A stretch of 64,000 bases of DNA from Candidatus Cloacimonadales bacterium (lineage in GTDB: Bacteria > Cloacimonadota > Cloacimonadia > Cloacimonadales > JAIOQZ01), in contig OY771587.1 in NCBI GenBank assembly GCA_963674825.1, forward strand, positions 160,001-224,000, written 5' to 3'. The first letter of the stretch is position 1, and each line of letters begins with the position of its first letter. Position numbers and translations under genes: made by a program. Shown here one piece after another: positions 1 to 9,274 of the stretch. The notes beneath the pieces were generated by a model. That model was not told the DNA's origin, did not search any database, and saw nothing but the letters and a program-made list of their open reading frames with translations.

Positions 1-230
1 CGAGCGATCGAATAGGCCATGGGATGGAGCTCAGGCTTACTTGCGGGGTCATAATCGAATGAGATGAGCACATATGAGTCTTCGGGCTGGCTATTGACCA
101 GTTCATAGACCATTTTGACGTTCTCGGAAGTCTCAATCGGCAGGCCAAGCTTGATGAGAAGCGGAAGCGCTACACCGAGGATAATCAGCAGAAATAGGAT
201 GCGACGGATATTTGTCGGGCTGATTTTCAT
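1..230 (-). CDS. Membrane protein, DUF6754-operon partner (3' part outside window)
   Basis: Not in the ORF track. ATG at 230-228 overlaps the stop of the upstream gene (TGATG). Reads MKISPTNIRRILFLLIILGVALPLL...LISFDYDPASKPELHPM, open to the window edge. Confidence 0.7.
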   Translation of the reverse strand, partial: MKISPTNIRRILFLLIILGVALPLLIKLGLPIETSENVKMVYELVNSQPEDSYVLISFDYDPASKPELHPMAYSIA

Positions 231-925
231 CAATCACCTCCCAGGTATGATCGCTCGATCCCGAGGATGATCCGGAGGCTGCTGCCGATGATACCGAGCC
301 CTGCGCAGATCATGATGGCGCGCTGGCCAGCGGTATTGGGGTATTTCATGATAAATTCGGCGAGATGTGGTAAATGGAAGAAGCTGAGCGCATCAGGAAG
401 CCAACCTGTAAGGAAGCTCCCGAGGCTCGTTCTGCCCAGCATCACCAAGACAGCGGCGATAAGCAGCAGATTCGATTCGGCTGTCCGGCCGATGAACGCC
501 CGATATGCCGCCGAAGCGATAAAGAATGCAAGCAGCGAGAACATCGACGCCGAAAGGTGCTGATATACGTTGTTGAACATATAATCGAATGGCTTGGAAC
601 CGATGCTTTGCACCAGACTGGTTCCGGCGCCGAGGATGCCAGCATTGTCTTCCGTGCCCCAGAAAAGGCCAAAGATTACCATCACGGCGAAGCTGATTAT
701 AGTTACGATGAAATATTGCCAGCCGGGCTGCCGGAACTTGATCTTGAGCACATGCACCTTGATGAGGTTCATCTGCCCCAATATAATGGCGAAACCGGCG
801 ATGATCATGAACCAGTCTTCCAATCCGCCGGTCATGGAACCGAACGGTTTGTGCGGAATGAATTCGGACGCGATCACCAGTACGCCGACGAAAAACGCGA
901 TGAGAAGTGGTATTCTTCGTTTCAT
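230..925 (-). CDS. Conserved multi-pass membrane protein, function unknown
   Basis: About 6 hydrophobic segments, SASMFSLLAFFIASAAYRAF and C-terminal LRIILGIERSYLG; tightly coupled to neighbours. Start at 925 or 931. Confidence 0.75.
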   Translation of the reverse strand: MKRRIPLLIAFFVGVLVIASEFIPHKPFGSMTGGLEDWFMIIAGFAIILGQMNLIKVHVLKIKFRQPGWQYFIVTIISFAVMVIFGLFWGTEDNAGILGAGTSLVQSIGSKPFDYMFNNVYQHLSASMFSLLAFFIASAAYRAFIGRTAESNLLLIAAVLVMLGRTSLGSFLTGWLPDALSFFHLPHLAEFIMKYPNTAGQRAIMICAGLGIIGSSLRIILGIERSYLGGD

Positions 926-935
926 AGTCAATCCA

Positions 936-2039
936 TCAATGCGCTTCGAGGAAGTTTTTCAAAAAATGTACGCCGGAAATCTCGAGGATAATTCCCACCG
1001 TCAGCACGATCATGAATAAGGCTTTGCCCACATCCTGTCCCTTGAGGCTCCCAAGCTGATGAGGATCCTTTGAGAGATACGCGGAGGCTGCAAACAGTTC
1101 TTCGCCGATCAAGGTGTAGTCGCAGGCGGCTACGAAAAACGGTAGCTGGCTGGGCATCGCGGTTCCGGCTGTCTGGATCGCACCGCTGGTGAAGCCTGTC
1201 TCCGCCAGGATGAGAGATTCCGCATAGAAAGCGCCCATCAGGAAGATCGCAGCCGGCTTCTCCCGCAGGATGATGCCATCCACACCTGCAACGAATCCGA
1301 ACTGGTCATCGGTCAGATAAAAAACCGAATCTGGGTGGAACGAATCCGACCTTCCGGCTTTCATATACGATTCCTTGACCGTCTCGCGTGCTGCCGAGAG
1401 CACCATCGAGCGTGACACAGGAACCAGGAGCTTGGTATCGTATTCCGCAGTACGCTGGGCAAGCTTACCGAGTATGGTCAGACCAGCGATAGTTTGCATG
1501 TCGTCCAGGTCCATTATGCCGGGAACAAACAGGATCGGTTTGCCCATTTCCGTGGCGCGGCCAACGGCTTCTTCCATGGAATCAAGTCCGCTGATGCGTC
1601 GGATGTAGAGGTCCTTGCCGGTGCGTGCCGATAAAATGTAATAGATGATTGCCGCTGAGATGATGAGCGACATGATAAGAAGGGAAATCTTGTCCGTATT
1701 GAACCACTGCGCTTCCGCAACTGCTGCTGCCGATGCCTGATCGATAATACCGTTGGAATCGATGACAGATATCCGGTATTCGTACTGCGTGCCGGTCAGG
1801 ATGTTATCGGTGTCACGGTAAGAATCTTTCACAGGCTCAATGGTGGCGACAACTGAAAACGCTTCTTCTCCGGTCCTGCGTTCGATGCGGATGCTGTCCA
1901 CGGCCATGGTTGGTTTCTCCCATTTAAGGTCGATACCCGAACCATCGTCGTTTGGCTGATCGAACGCCTGGAACTCCAATGCGCCGATCATGACTGCACC
2001 CAAAGCCATCAGCAGGAATAAGATAAGCACCTTTTTCAT
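936..2039 (-). CDS. FN3-like domain + TM + DUF6754-like protein
   Basis: Signal peptide MKKVLILFLL, FN3-like segment, TM helix, IRRISGLDSMEEAVGRATEMGKP and DYTLIGEELFAASAYLS motifs (family name from recall). Confidence 0.7.
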   Translation of the reverse strand: MKKVLILFLLMALGAVMIGALEFQAFDQPNDDGSGIDLKWEKPTMAVDSIRIERRTGEEAFSVVATIEPVKDSYRDTDNILTGTQYEYRISVIDSNGIIDQASAAAVAEAQWFNTDKISLLIMSLIISAAIIYYILSARTGKDLYIRRISGLDSMEEAVGRATEMGKPILFVPGIMDLDDMQTIAGLTILGKLAQRTAEYDTKLLVPVSRSMVLSAARETVKESYMKAGRSDSFHPDSVFYLTDDQFGFVAGVDGIILREKPAAIFLMGAFYAESLILAETGFTSGAIQTAGTAMPSQLPFFVAACDYTLIGEELFAASAYLSKDPHQLGSLKGQDVGKALFMIVLTVGIILEISGVHFLKNFLEAH

Positions 2040-2281
2040 AGAACCCCGCTTGTTTGAATGATATTTTTTAATGTTTGCTTCGCCTTTATTATGTGTCAAG
2101 GAAAATAGTGTTTTGAGTAGAGCGTCTATAATTGTAATCAGCCAACACTTGTCGATTCTCCGAGATCAACTTGAACATCACAGCTCAGAAAATTCCGATA
2201 TCTAAACTAATGATTATACGTACATGATAATTATCTTGACTACTCAACACTTAAAACAATTATGCAGGTAATGGAGGAAAT

Positions 2282-3064
2282 ATGGATCCTATCCGCGAAA
2301 ACGACTTCCTGAAGTATGCAAGATTTAATACAAACACATTGCATTTACTAATCTCAAATGTACTATTCTTTAACCATATATCGAACTATAACGACCCTGC
2401 CGAAGTTTTATTGGACTTCGATTTCTCAGAAAATCACAATGCATACAAAAAACTCCGCAATAGCACTAAATACCTAACATATCATTTATGCTTGGATAAA
2501 ATAATGCGCAGCAAAGAGACCAAGGAAGAATTTAAAAAATCAAGCCCAACAGCGGTTGATCAACAATCAGCTCAAGAGGTCATCACAGATATCCAATCTA
2601 AGTATCGTTGCTGTAGTATGACAAAAGCATTTAGCAGCTTGATGTTCGCTCATTACGCTGACTCACATAAAGGCATCTGCATCGTTCTGGATGGAGACCT
2701 GCAGTATTTTCGAAATGCCAAGCAAGTGAAATACGACTATTACTTCCAAAAAAGTTTTACTGGCTTTGTAAGAAAAACCGAGAGTATTGAGGGAGCATTT
2801 CTTAGGAAGAGCAAAGAATGGAAATACGAAAATGAGTATCGAATACTTAAACTTCCAAGTGAGTTTACTTCAGGTTCTCAATTTGGAAATGGCTATTATG
2901 ATTCAATCCCAAAGAATTCGATCCGAGCTATAATCCTGGGATGTCGCATGAGAGAAAATGATCTAACCATCATACAACAATTAAAGAAGAAAAAATTAAT
3001 TAATTGCAAACTATTTATCTCTGAATTACAGCAATCAAAAATCAAATTAAAGCCATGGCCATAG
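2282..3064 (+). CDS. DUF2971 domain protein (AT-rich, likely acquired)
   Basis: YNDPAE, LMFAHYADSHKGICI, KSKEWKYENEYR and IILG motifs; RBS GGAGG; clearly lower GC than flanks. Confidence 0.8.
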   Translation: MDPIRENDFLKYARFNTNTLHLLISNVLFFNHISNYNDPAEVLLDFDFSENHNAYKKLRNSTKYLTYHLCLDKIMRSKETKEEFKKSSPTAVDQQSAQEVITDIQSKYRCCSMTKAFSSLMFAHYADSHKGICIVLDGDLQYFRNAKQVKYDYYFQKSFTGFVRKTESIEGAFLRKSKEWKYENEYRILKLPSEFTSGSQFGNGYYDSIPKNSIRAIILGCRMRENDLTIIQQLKKKKLINCKLFISELQQSKIKLKPWP

Positions 3065-3148
3065 CCGTATTGGAGATTCATACATTGTATTAACTTTGTT
3101 ATACGACAAGTGTAAAAGCTATATTAGACTTGCCAGTCCTCCATCAGC

Positions 3149-6082
3149 TTATAATCTCATCCTCAACGTCTTTATCTCAAAGGGACGGAAGCGTAGCTCA
3201 GTGCTGTTGCCGGCCGGATAATGCACATCCTTCGGGCGTTCCAGCAGGTCGGTCTCGCGTAGTTCGCTCCACGGCTTGGCGGAATGCAGTATCGCTTCAG
3301 CATTGCGGCCTTGTGTCTCGTACAGGCGCAGAATCACGCCTTGTCCGTCTTCAGCCGGCTTCACGGTCTCCAGCTTCACCGAGGGACTCTCCACCCGGTA
3401 GAACCAGCCCTTTTTTGGTGCGTCGTTAACCTGATGCACAAGTAGCGGGGCATTGAGCGCATGAGCGCGTGGAATCACCTCTTCCAGTCCGCCATGATGA
3501 GGCAGATACGCAAAGGTGAATTCGTGCGAGCCGAGATCGGCCAAGGGGTCCACATCCGCCGGAGAGCGGAGCAGATTAAGCTCCATCAGATTATCCAGAA
3601 CGCTGTGGCCGTACTTGCAATCGTTCATGAGGGCAAAACCTCCGTCCGGCAGACTGACATCCGCATAGCGATGACCGCAGACCTCGAAACGGGCGGCATC
3701 CCAGGAGGTGTTGGCGTGCGTGGGGCGCTTTATCAGGCCAAACTGAATCTCGTAGCTGGCCTCACTGGCATGAACAGCCGGTGCCGCCTGTACGCGCAAC
3801 ATCTTGTGCTTCTCCTGCCAGTTCACGTGGTTGGCGATACGTATCTCGCGGGATCCCTGAACGAGTTCGATACGCTGTTCGATCTTAGACTGCCCGATGG
3901 TCAGAATCTGCTTGCGCACGGTACAGAGATCGGTCCGCGTCGTCTCACAGCTTAGCAGGCGAGCCTGTTCGGGTATCGTTTCGCGGTAGAAATGATTCAC
4001 GTCCCACGCACCCCAGTTATTAGGTAGATCTTCCCAAAGCAGTAACCGGTTAGCAGGACCTTCCAGCCATTCACGGCTGGTCTCGAGGTCGTAGATTGAT
4101 CCGATGGTACCATCATCGTTGAAGGTTACGCGCAGGAGATCGTTTTGCATTTCATAGGAGTCTTCAACAACTTGCGAATTCGCTGGCAAAGAGGTTTCGA
4201 TTGTAACGTAGCCATAAGCTGGAACACGCACCTTATGCTCGCTTCCATCCGGCAGGTGTAACAACTCCTCGCGCTGCCAACCGGTGGTGTTCATCACAAG
4301 ATATCGACCCTGTCCCGATCCGAAATGCCGCGCGAGAAGCTCGTCTCGCATGGCTTCCAGCAGAGAATAATTCTTCTTCGAGAGCATTTCGGCATCCTTA
4401 TAGACCCAGCCAATAGACGATCCGGGCAGAATATCGTGGAACTGGTGCAGCAGCGTGTCTTTCCATAGTTGATCGAGATCGATGGACTCTCCAAACGCTG
4501 CCGCCAGAAACTCAACATCGTGCAATATCTGCTCCAGGCGACGATTCCAGCGTTTGGTTCGCGCCTGTGTCGTGTACGTACCGCGATGCAGTTCCAGGTA
4601 AAGTTCTCCGCGCCAGACAGGAAGGCGATCCGATGGAGTTTCGGCAAGCTTGTCGAAGAAATGAGCGACAGTATCCTGTTTCACTCGCGGCGAGCCTTCC
4701 AGATCGCGTTGACGCAGAGCGTATTCGATGTGAGCCTGACTTGGGCCTCCCCCACCATCGCCGATGCCAAAGAGGTTCGCAAAATCATCGCTGACGTCGT
4801 TTTGGGCGTAGCGCTGCTCTGCCTCAATCAATTGCTTGGGCATGTTCGATCCATTATAGTCATTAGTGGGTATGAAATGCGCCAATACACAAGAGCCATC
4901 GATGCCAACCCAGTTGAAGGTGTGGTGCGGGAACAGATTCGTCTCGTTCCACGACATTTTTTGCGTCAGGAAGAAGGGAATCCCGCTTTGATCAAGTATT
5001 TGAGGCAATGCTGCTGAGAATCCGAAGCAATCCGGCAAAAACAGGTATCGCGGGGACTTGCCGAACTCCTCCGCGAAAAAGCGCAATCCGTGCAGGATTT
5101 GCCGGATAAGCGATTCGCCACCCGTAAGGTTAGTGTCCATCTCCACCCATGAAGCGCCCTGGAATTCCCAGCGGCCTTCTTTCACTCGCGCCTTGATCTG
5201 CTCGTACAGCACGGGGTAATCTTCCTTGATCCACTGATAGAGCTGTGGTTGCGACGCACCGAAAAGATATTCGGGGTTGCGTTCCATCAGGCGCAGCGCG
5301 GTAGCGAAGGTACGCCCTCCCTTACGGTGCGTCTCGCGAACGGGCCAAAGCCAGGCCAGATCGATGTGCGCATGCCCGATCGACCATGCGGTTGGCGAGC
5401 TGGCGTATGCTGGTTTCGAAAGCAACTGCCCCGTAATATTGAGGCAATCCTCGATACCTGCACCATCCCTCCAGGCGTTGGCAGCGTCGTTCAGACCGCG
5501 GAAAATCTTCTGTCTTCTCGGTGAACGCTCAGGCAGGGCATCTGCAAGGGACATCAGCACTCTTAAATCCGCTTCGAGCTTGAATGCACTTCGATCGACC
5601 GTCACCATCTCCGCTCGGCGTAATCGGTAATCTCGCGGTCCCTCGCCGAACAGTGTGTTCGCACCGGCTTCCACCAGTAAATTGACCGCCTCGTCGCCAT
5701 TCGCCTTGTCGAACAGCGGCACAAAGCCCTTGGCGGATTCCGCATAATGATCCAATCGGCCGGATAAACCAAGAAATGGCGTTCCATCCACGAAAACGCA
5801 GCCCTCGCCATCCAGGTCGATCAACGCTCCGACTTCCCAGCCTTTGAAAGCAGCAGGTACATGGCCCGAAAAACGAAACCATGCACATGCCCAAAGCTCG
5901 CCCCAGGGTTCTTCCAATGCAATGGGTTGATACGGTGCAGTCAGGGCTGTCTCGTATGGAATAGGCGTATCCGGGTGGTGGATGTATTCAGCGCTCAACG
6001 GCGCACGATGCGGGTAAACACGGGATTTGACTGCTTCAGCGAAGCGTGCGATACGTCTTTTATATATCTTCTCGTTTTGCAT
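3149..6082 (-). CDS. Alpha-mannosidase, GH38 (cytoplasmic class IIC-like)
   Basis: GHAHIDLAWLWP, LPDCFG, GELYLELHRGTYT, QFHDILPGSSI motifs; no signal peptide. Confidence 0.93.
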   Translation of the reverse strand: MQNEKIYKRRIARFAEAVKSRVYPHRAPLSAEYIHHPDTPIPYETALTAPYQPIALEEPWGELWACAWFRFSGHVPAAFKGWEVGALIDLDGEGCVFVDGTPFLGLSGRLDHYAESAKGFVPLFDKANGDEAVNLLVEAGANTLFGEGPRDYRLRRAEMVTVDRSAFKLEADLRVLMSLADALPERSPRRQKIFRGLNDAANAWRDGAGIEDCLNITGQLLSKPAYASSPTAWSIGHAHIDLAWLWPVRETHRKGGRTFATALRLMERNPEYLFGASQPQLYQWIKEDYPVLYEQIKARVKEGRWEFQGASWVEMDTNLTGGESLIRQILHGLRFFAEEFGKSPRYLFLPDCFGFSAALPQILDQSGIPFFLTQKMSWNETNLFPHHTFNWVGIDGSCVLAHFIPTNDYNGSNMPKQLIEAEQRYAQNDVSDDFANLFGIGDGGGGPSQAHIEYALRQRDLEGSPRVKQDTVAHFFDKLAETPSDRLPVWRGELYLELHRGTYTTQARTKRWNRRLEQILHDVEFLAAAFGESIDLDQLWKDTLLHQFHDILPGSSIGWVYKDAEMLSKKNYSLLEAMRDELLARHFGSGQGRYLVMNTTGWQREELLHLPDGSEHKVRVPAYGYVTIETSLPANSQVVEDSYEMQNDLLRVTFNDDGTIGSIYDLETSREWLEGPANRLLLWEDLPNNWGAWDVNHFYRETIPEQARLLSCETTRTDLCTVRKQILTIGQSKIEQRIELVQGSREIRIANHVNWQEKHKMLRVQAAPAVHASEASYEIQFGLIKRPTHANTSWDAARFEVCGHRYADVSLPDGGFALMNDCKYGHSVLDNLMELNLLRSPADVDPLADLGSHEFTFAYLPHHGGLEEVIPRAHALNAPLLVHQVNDAPKKGWFYRVESPSVKLETVKPAEDGQGVILRLYETQGRNAEAILHSAKPWSELRETDLLERPKDVHYPAGNSTELRFRPFEIKTLRMRL

Positions 6083-6205
6083 GATAACCTCCAGATGATG
6101 CGCTCAAGCGCAGCCAGTAGGTTGATTGGCATCATTGCGGTGTCAAGCGAAATACCTGAAATCTCACAACCTCCGCAAAATAATTGACGGTATGAAATTT
6201 TTTTG

Positions 6206-6233
6206 TTGACGAAATATCTGCGGAATGTATAAT
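6206..6233 (+). promoter_or_regulatory. Sigma70-type promoter of trxA
   Basis: TTGACG-N16-TATAAT upstream of RBS GGAGG and ATG 6265. Confidence 0.65.
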
Positions 6234-6264
6234 ACTTTCTGAAAAATGAAATTTGGAGGACAAT

Positions 6265-6576
6265 ATGGCACTGTCAGCACTGACAAACGATAATTTCGCC
6301 GAATCGATCAAGAGCGGCGTATGTGTGGTGGATTTTTGGGCGCCCTGGTGCGGTCCCTGCCGCATGATCGAACCATCGATCAAGGAACTCGCCGAAGAGG
6401 TCACCGAGGTGAACTTCTTCAAGCTGAACGTTGACGAGGCACAGCAAATCGCGCTGCAATATGGCGTTATGAGCATCCCGACCATCATCATCTTCAAGGA
6501 TGGCGAAGTGAAGGAAACCACCGTCGGCGTATTGCCTAAGGCACAGCTTAAGGACAAGATCAAGGCGCACATCTAA
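6265..6576 (+). CDS. trxA: Thioredoxin
   Basis: DFWAPWCGPC, SIPT; RBS GGAGG. Confidence 0.96.
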   Translation: MALSALTNDNFAESIKSGVCVVDFWAPWCGPCRMIEPSIKELAEEVTEVNFFKLNVDEAQQIALQYGVMSIPTIIIFKDGEVKETTVGVLPKAQLKDKIKAHI

Positions 6577-6591
6577 TCGGATTTTTCGCGT

Positions 6592-6632
6592 AAAAAAAAC
6601 GGAGTCACCGCCTGGCGACTCCGTTTTCTTTT
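6592..6632. terminator. Bidirectional intrinsic terminator
   Basis: A-tract, AAAACGGAGTC...GACTCCGTTTT stem and T-tract between convergent genes. Confidence 0.8.
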
Positions 6633-6642
6633 ATACCAATGT

Positions 6643-7470
6643 CTATTCGTCTTTATTGGTGAGCTGCTTCTTGAAGAAATCCACCGCCCGGTTGATCTCC
6701 GCGATGCCTCGATTGACTGAGCCGATGTAGTAGTTAACCGCAATCTCGGCCGGATCGCCGTCTTTCAGTCCATCGGGGATATCGATGCCGTAGGAGTATA
6801 GCATATCCTGGTCGCCGACCAGGCGCTTGCGCATCTCCAGCGCTCCACGGTGCTCGGGATCGAGCTTTAACACCTGATTGAAGCAAGCGAGCGACTTTTC
6901 CAGTTCCTTCACGCCGAGGTAGGACAATCCCAGATGGTACTGCACGGAGACGATGGAGGGATCTTCTTCCACGATTGCCTCGAAGCACTCGATCGCCTTC
7001 TTGTAATACCCAGCCGCCTTACTGGCGATTCCAAGCTGATAGTAGCCCAGCGTGGCGTTATCCTTTCGTCCCTGAAGCTTCTCGTAGGAAGCGATGCTCT
7101 TCTGAAGCCTGCCGGTGTGGTAGAAGGACAAACCGAGCCAGTAATGTGCCAGGTAGATTTCCGGGTTTAACTCAACGATCCGCTGGAAGATAGCGATCGC
7201 CTTATCGAATCGGGTTGAGCGGAAATAGCCGATACCCAGCCTATAGAGAGCCAGCACATCGTGCGGTTGCTTTTCGATAACGTACTCGTACAGCTTGTTC
7301 GCGTTCTGCATGTCGCCAACAATGTAGTAGAGATCGGCCAGACTGATTCGGATGTCGATACGATCGGGTTGGATTTCGAGGACCTTTTGATAGACCTCTA
7401 CCGCTTCGGATATCTTTCCTTCGATCTTCAATTGCAAGGCTTTTTCGAGAAGTTCGTTGATTTGGCTCAT
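6643..7470 (-). CDS. Tetratricopeptide repeat protein
   Basis: About 6 TPR-like repeats (YRLGIGY, YWLGLSF, YHLGLSY). Start 7470 or 7476. Confidence 0.85.
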   Translation of the reverse strand: MSQINELLEKALQLKIEGKISEAVEVYQKVLEIQPDRIDIRISLADLYYIVGDMQNANKLYEYVIEKQPHDVLALYRLGIGYFRSTRFDKAIAIFQRIVELNPEIYLAHYWLGLSFYHTGRLQKSIASYEKLQGRKDNATLGYYQLGIASKAAGYYKKAIECFEAIVEEDPSIVSVQYHLGLSYLGVKELEKSLACFNQVLKLDPEHRGALEMRKRLVGDQDMLYSYGIDIPDGLKDGDPAEIAVNYYIGSVNRGIAEINRAVDFFKKQLTNKDE

Positions 7471-7742
7471 GGTCATCCGCCTTCCTTTTTATTATATAAT
7501 TTATGAAGCCTGATCAATCCTGTAAAGGAAAAAATATACGGGAAGGCAATATACGATCATCTCCGCGCAGCAGATTGGTTCGATCCCCAGCATTGCCGTG
7601 GTGTTTCGCGGCTTTATTTCCGTGTCCGGTAGTCAGGAAGCCGCGGTATATCCACGGCAAAAGGGGGATCGGGCGAAGATGCGTGCGGATGCCAATCTTT
7701 TCCATTGACGCATTCGGGCATCTCAGCAGGATGGTCATCAAG

Positions 7743-7815
7743 TATCAGGGGTGCTCGTAGCGGCTGAGATTAGACCCTAAGAACCTGATCCGGGTAATGC
7801 CGGCGTAGGGAGGTA
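7743..7815 (+). promoter_or_regulatory. TPP riboswitch aptamer
   Basis: GGGGTGC...GCTGAGA...ACCC...GAACCTGATCCGGGTAATGCCGGCGTAGGGA directly upstream of thiamine genes. Confidence 0.95.
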
Positions 7816-7883
7816 AGCTACTGCATAATTTTTCTCCCCCCTTCGATCCAACCGACTCACGGGCAACCAAAAAAGGGGGAATC

Positions 7884-8657
7884 ATGGAACAACTGGTTTC
7901 ACAAGCAATTCTGGAAACCTTTTTCAAAAAGATGCGCGATGCGCTCAACATCGATGCTGCCATTGTTGGCGGCGGACCATCCGGACTCGTCTGCGCGGAA
8001 ACGCTCGCGAAAAACGGCAAGAAAGTCGCCCTGTTCGAGAAAAAACTTGCACCTGGTGGTGGCATGTGGGGCGGCGCGATGCTTTTCAACCAGATCGTCG
8101 TACAGCACGAAGCCATCCACATCCTGGACGAATATGGCATCTCCTACGAGAAGTATCAGGATGGCTACTACACCGCCGACTCCGTGGAAGCGACCGCAGC
8201 ACTTATCTACCACGCCAAAAAAGCCGGTGTGACAATCTTCAACGGCGTTGCGATCGAAGACGTCGTCTTCCTCAACGAGAAGGTCAGCGGACTGGTCATC
8301 AACTGGACTCCGGTAGCCCATCTGGGCATGCACGTCGATCCTATGGTGATCATGGCGAAAACCGTTCTGGACGGCACTGGTCACCCATGCGAGATTACCA
8401 GCATCCTGGCGAACAAGAACGGCGTCAAGCTGAACACCCCGACCGGCGGAGTTGCCGGCGAACGCTCGCTGGCCGTTGGTGAAGGCGAGAAAGCAACCGT
8501 CGAAAACACCCGCGAAGTATTCCCTGGACTGTTCGTAAGTGGCATGGCCGCAAACGGTGTTCATGGCGCATTCCGTATGGGCCCGATTTTCGGAGGCATG
8601 CTCCTTTCCGGTAAAAAAGCTGCCAAAATCATGGCGGAATCGATCGACAACCAATGA
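7884..8657 (+). CDS. thi4: Sulfide-dependent (non-Cys) thiazole synthase, Thi4 family
   Basis: IVGGGPSGL, GGGMWGG, MHVDP, RMGPIFGGMLLSG. Confidence 0.92.
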   Translation: MEQLVSQAILETFFKKMRDALNIDAAIVGGGPSGLVCAETLAKNGKKVALFEKKLAPGGGMWGGAMLFNQIVVQHEAIHILDEYGISYEKYQDGYYTADSVEATAALIYHAKKAGVTIFNGVAIEDVVFLNEKVSGLVINWTPVAHLGMHVDPMVIMAKTVLDGTGHPCEITSILANKNGVKLNTPTGGVAGERSLAVGEGEKATVENTREVFPGLFVSGMAANGVHGAFRMGPIFGGMLLSGKKAAKIMAESIDNQ

Positions 8658-9271
8658 AAGACGTTGGATTCTACGCAATTATGACCGCACCGCGCGCCGG
8701 GCATCGCAAATTCGCCGAAGCCTGCGTGGAATGCGGCGTGAAAATCCTGCAACTGCGGGAGAAAAATCTGCCGTACCATGAGCTGCTCGCGATTGCGCAC
8801 GAGGTGAGAGCCATCACAAGCGGTACTGACACACTCTTCGTCATCAACGACCGACCGGACATCGCCACGCTGTGCAATGCTGACGGCCTGCATCTGGGTC
8901 AGGACGATATGGATATCGACGAAGCACGCAAACAGTTCAAGGGAATTATCGGGCTCTCCACCCATTCCATCGAACAGGCAAAGGATGCGCTCAAGCGAAA
9001 TCCAGACTACATCGGATTCGGACCCATCCACCCCACGCCAACCAAGGCCATCCCCGATCCCGCTGTGGGAACGGTGAACCTCGGCAAGGTGATGCAGTAC
9101 GCCGACGTTCCGGTTATCGCCATCGGCGGTTTATTCCCGGAGAATCTGTCCGACGTACTCGCAGCCGGCGCACGCAACATCGCGCTGGTTCGCTACTTGA
9201 TGGAAATGGAAGACCCGCGAGATCGTATCCGACAGATTCAGGAGATCATCGTAAATCACACAGAGAGGTAA
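8654..9271 (+). CDS. thiE: Thiamine-phosphate synthase
   Basis: QLREK, INDR, GLHLGQDD, GLSTH, PTPTK, AIGG. Confidence 0.93.
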   Translation: MKDVGFYAIMTAPRAGHRKFAEACVECGVKILQLREKNLPYHELLAIAHEVRAITSGTDTLFVINDRPDIATLCNADGLHLGQDDMDIDEARKQFKGIIGLSTHSIEQAKDALKRNPDYIGFGPIHPTPTKAIPDPAVGTVNLGKVMQYADVPVIAIGGLFPENLSDVLAAGARNIALVRYLMEMEDPRDRIRQIQEIIVNHTER

Positions 9272-9274
9272 TCA

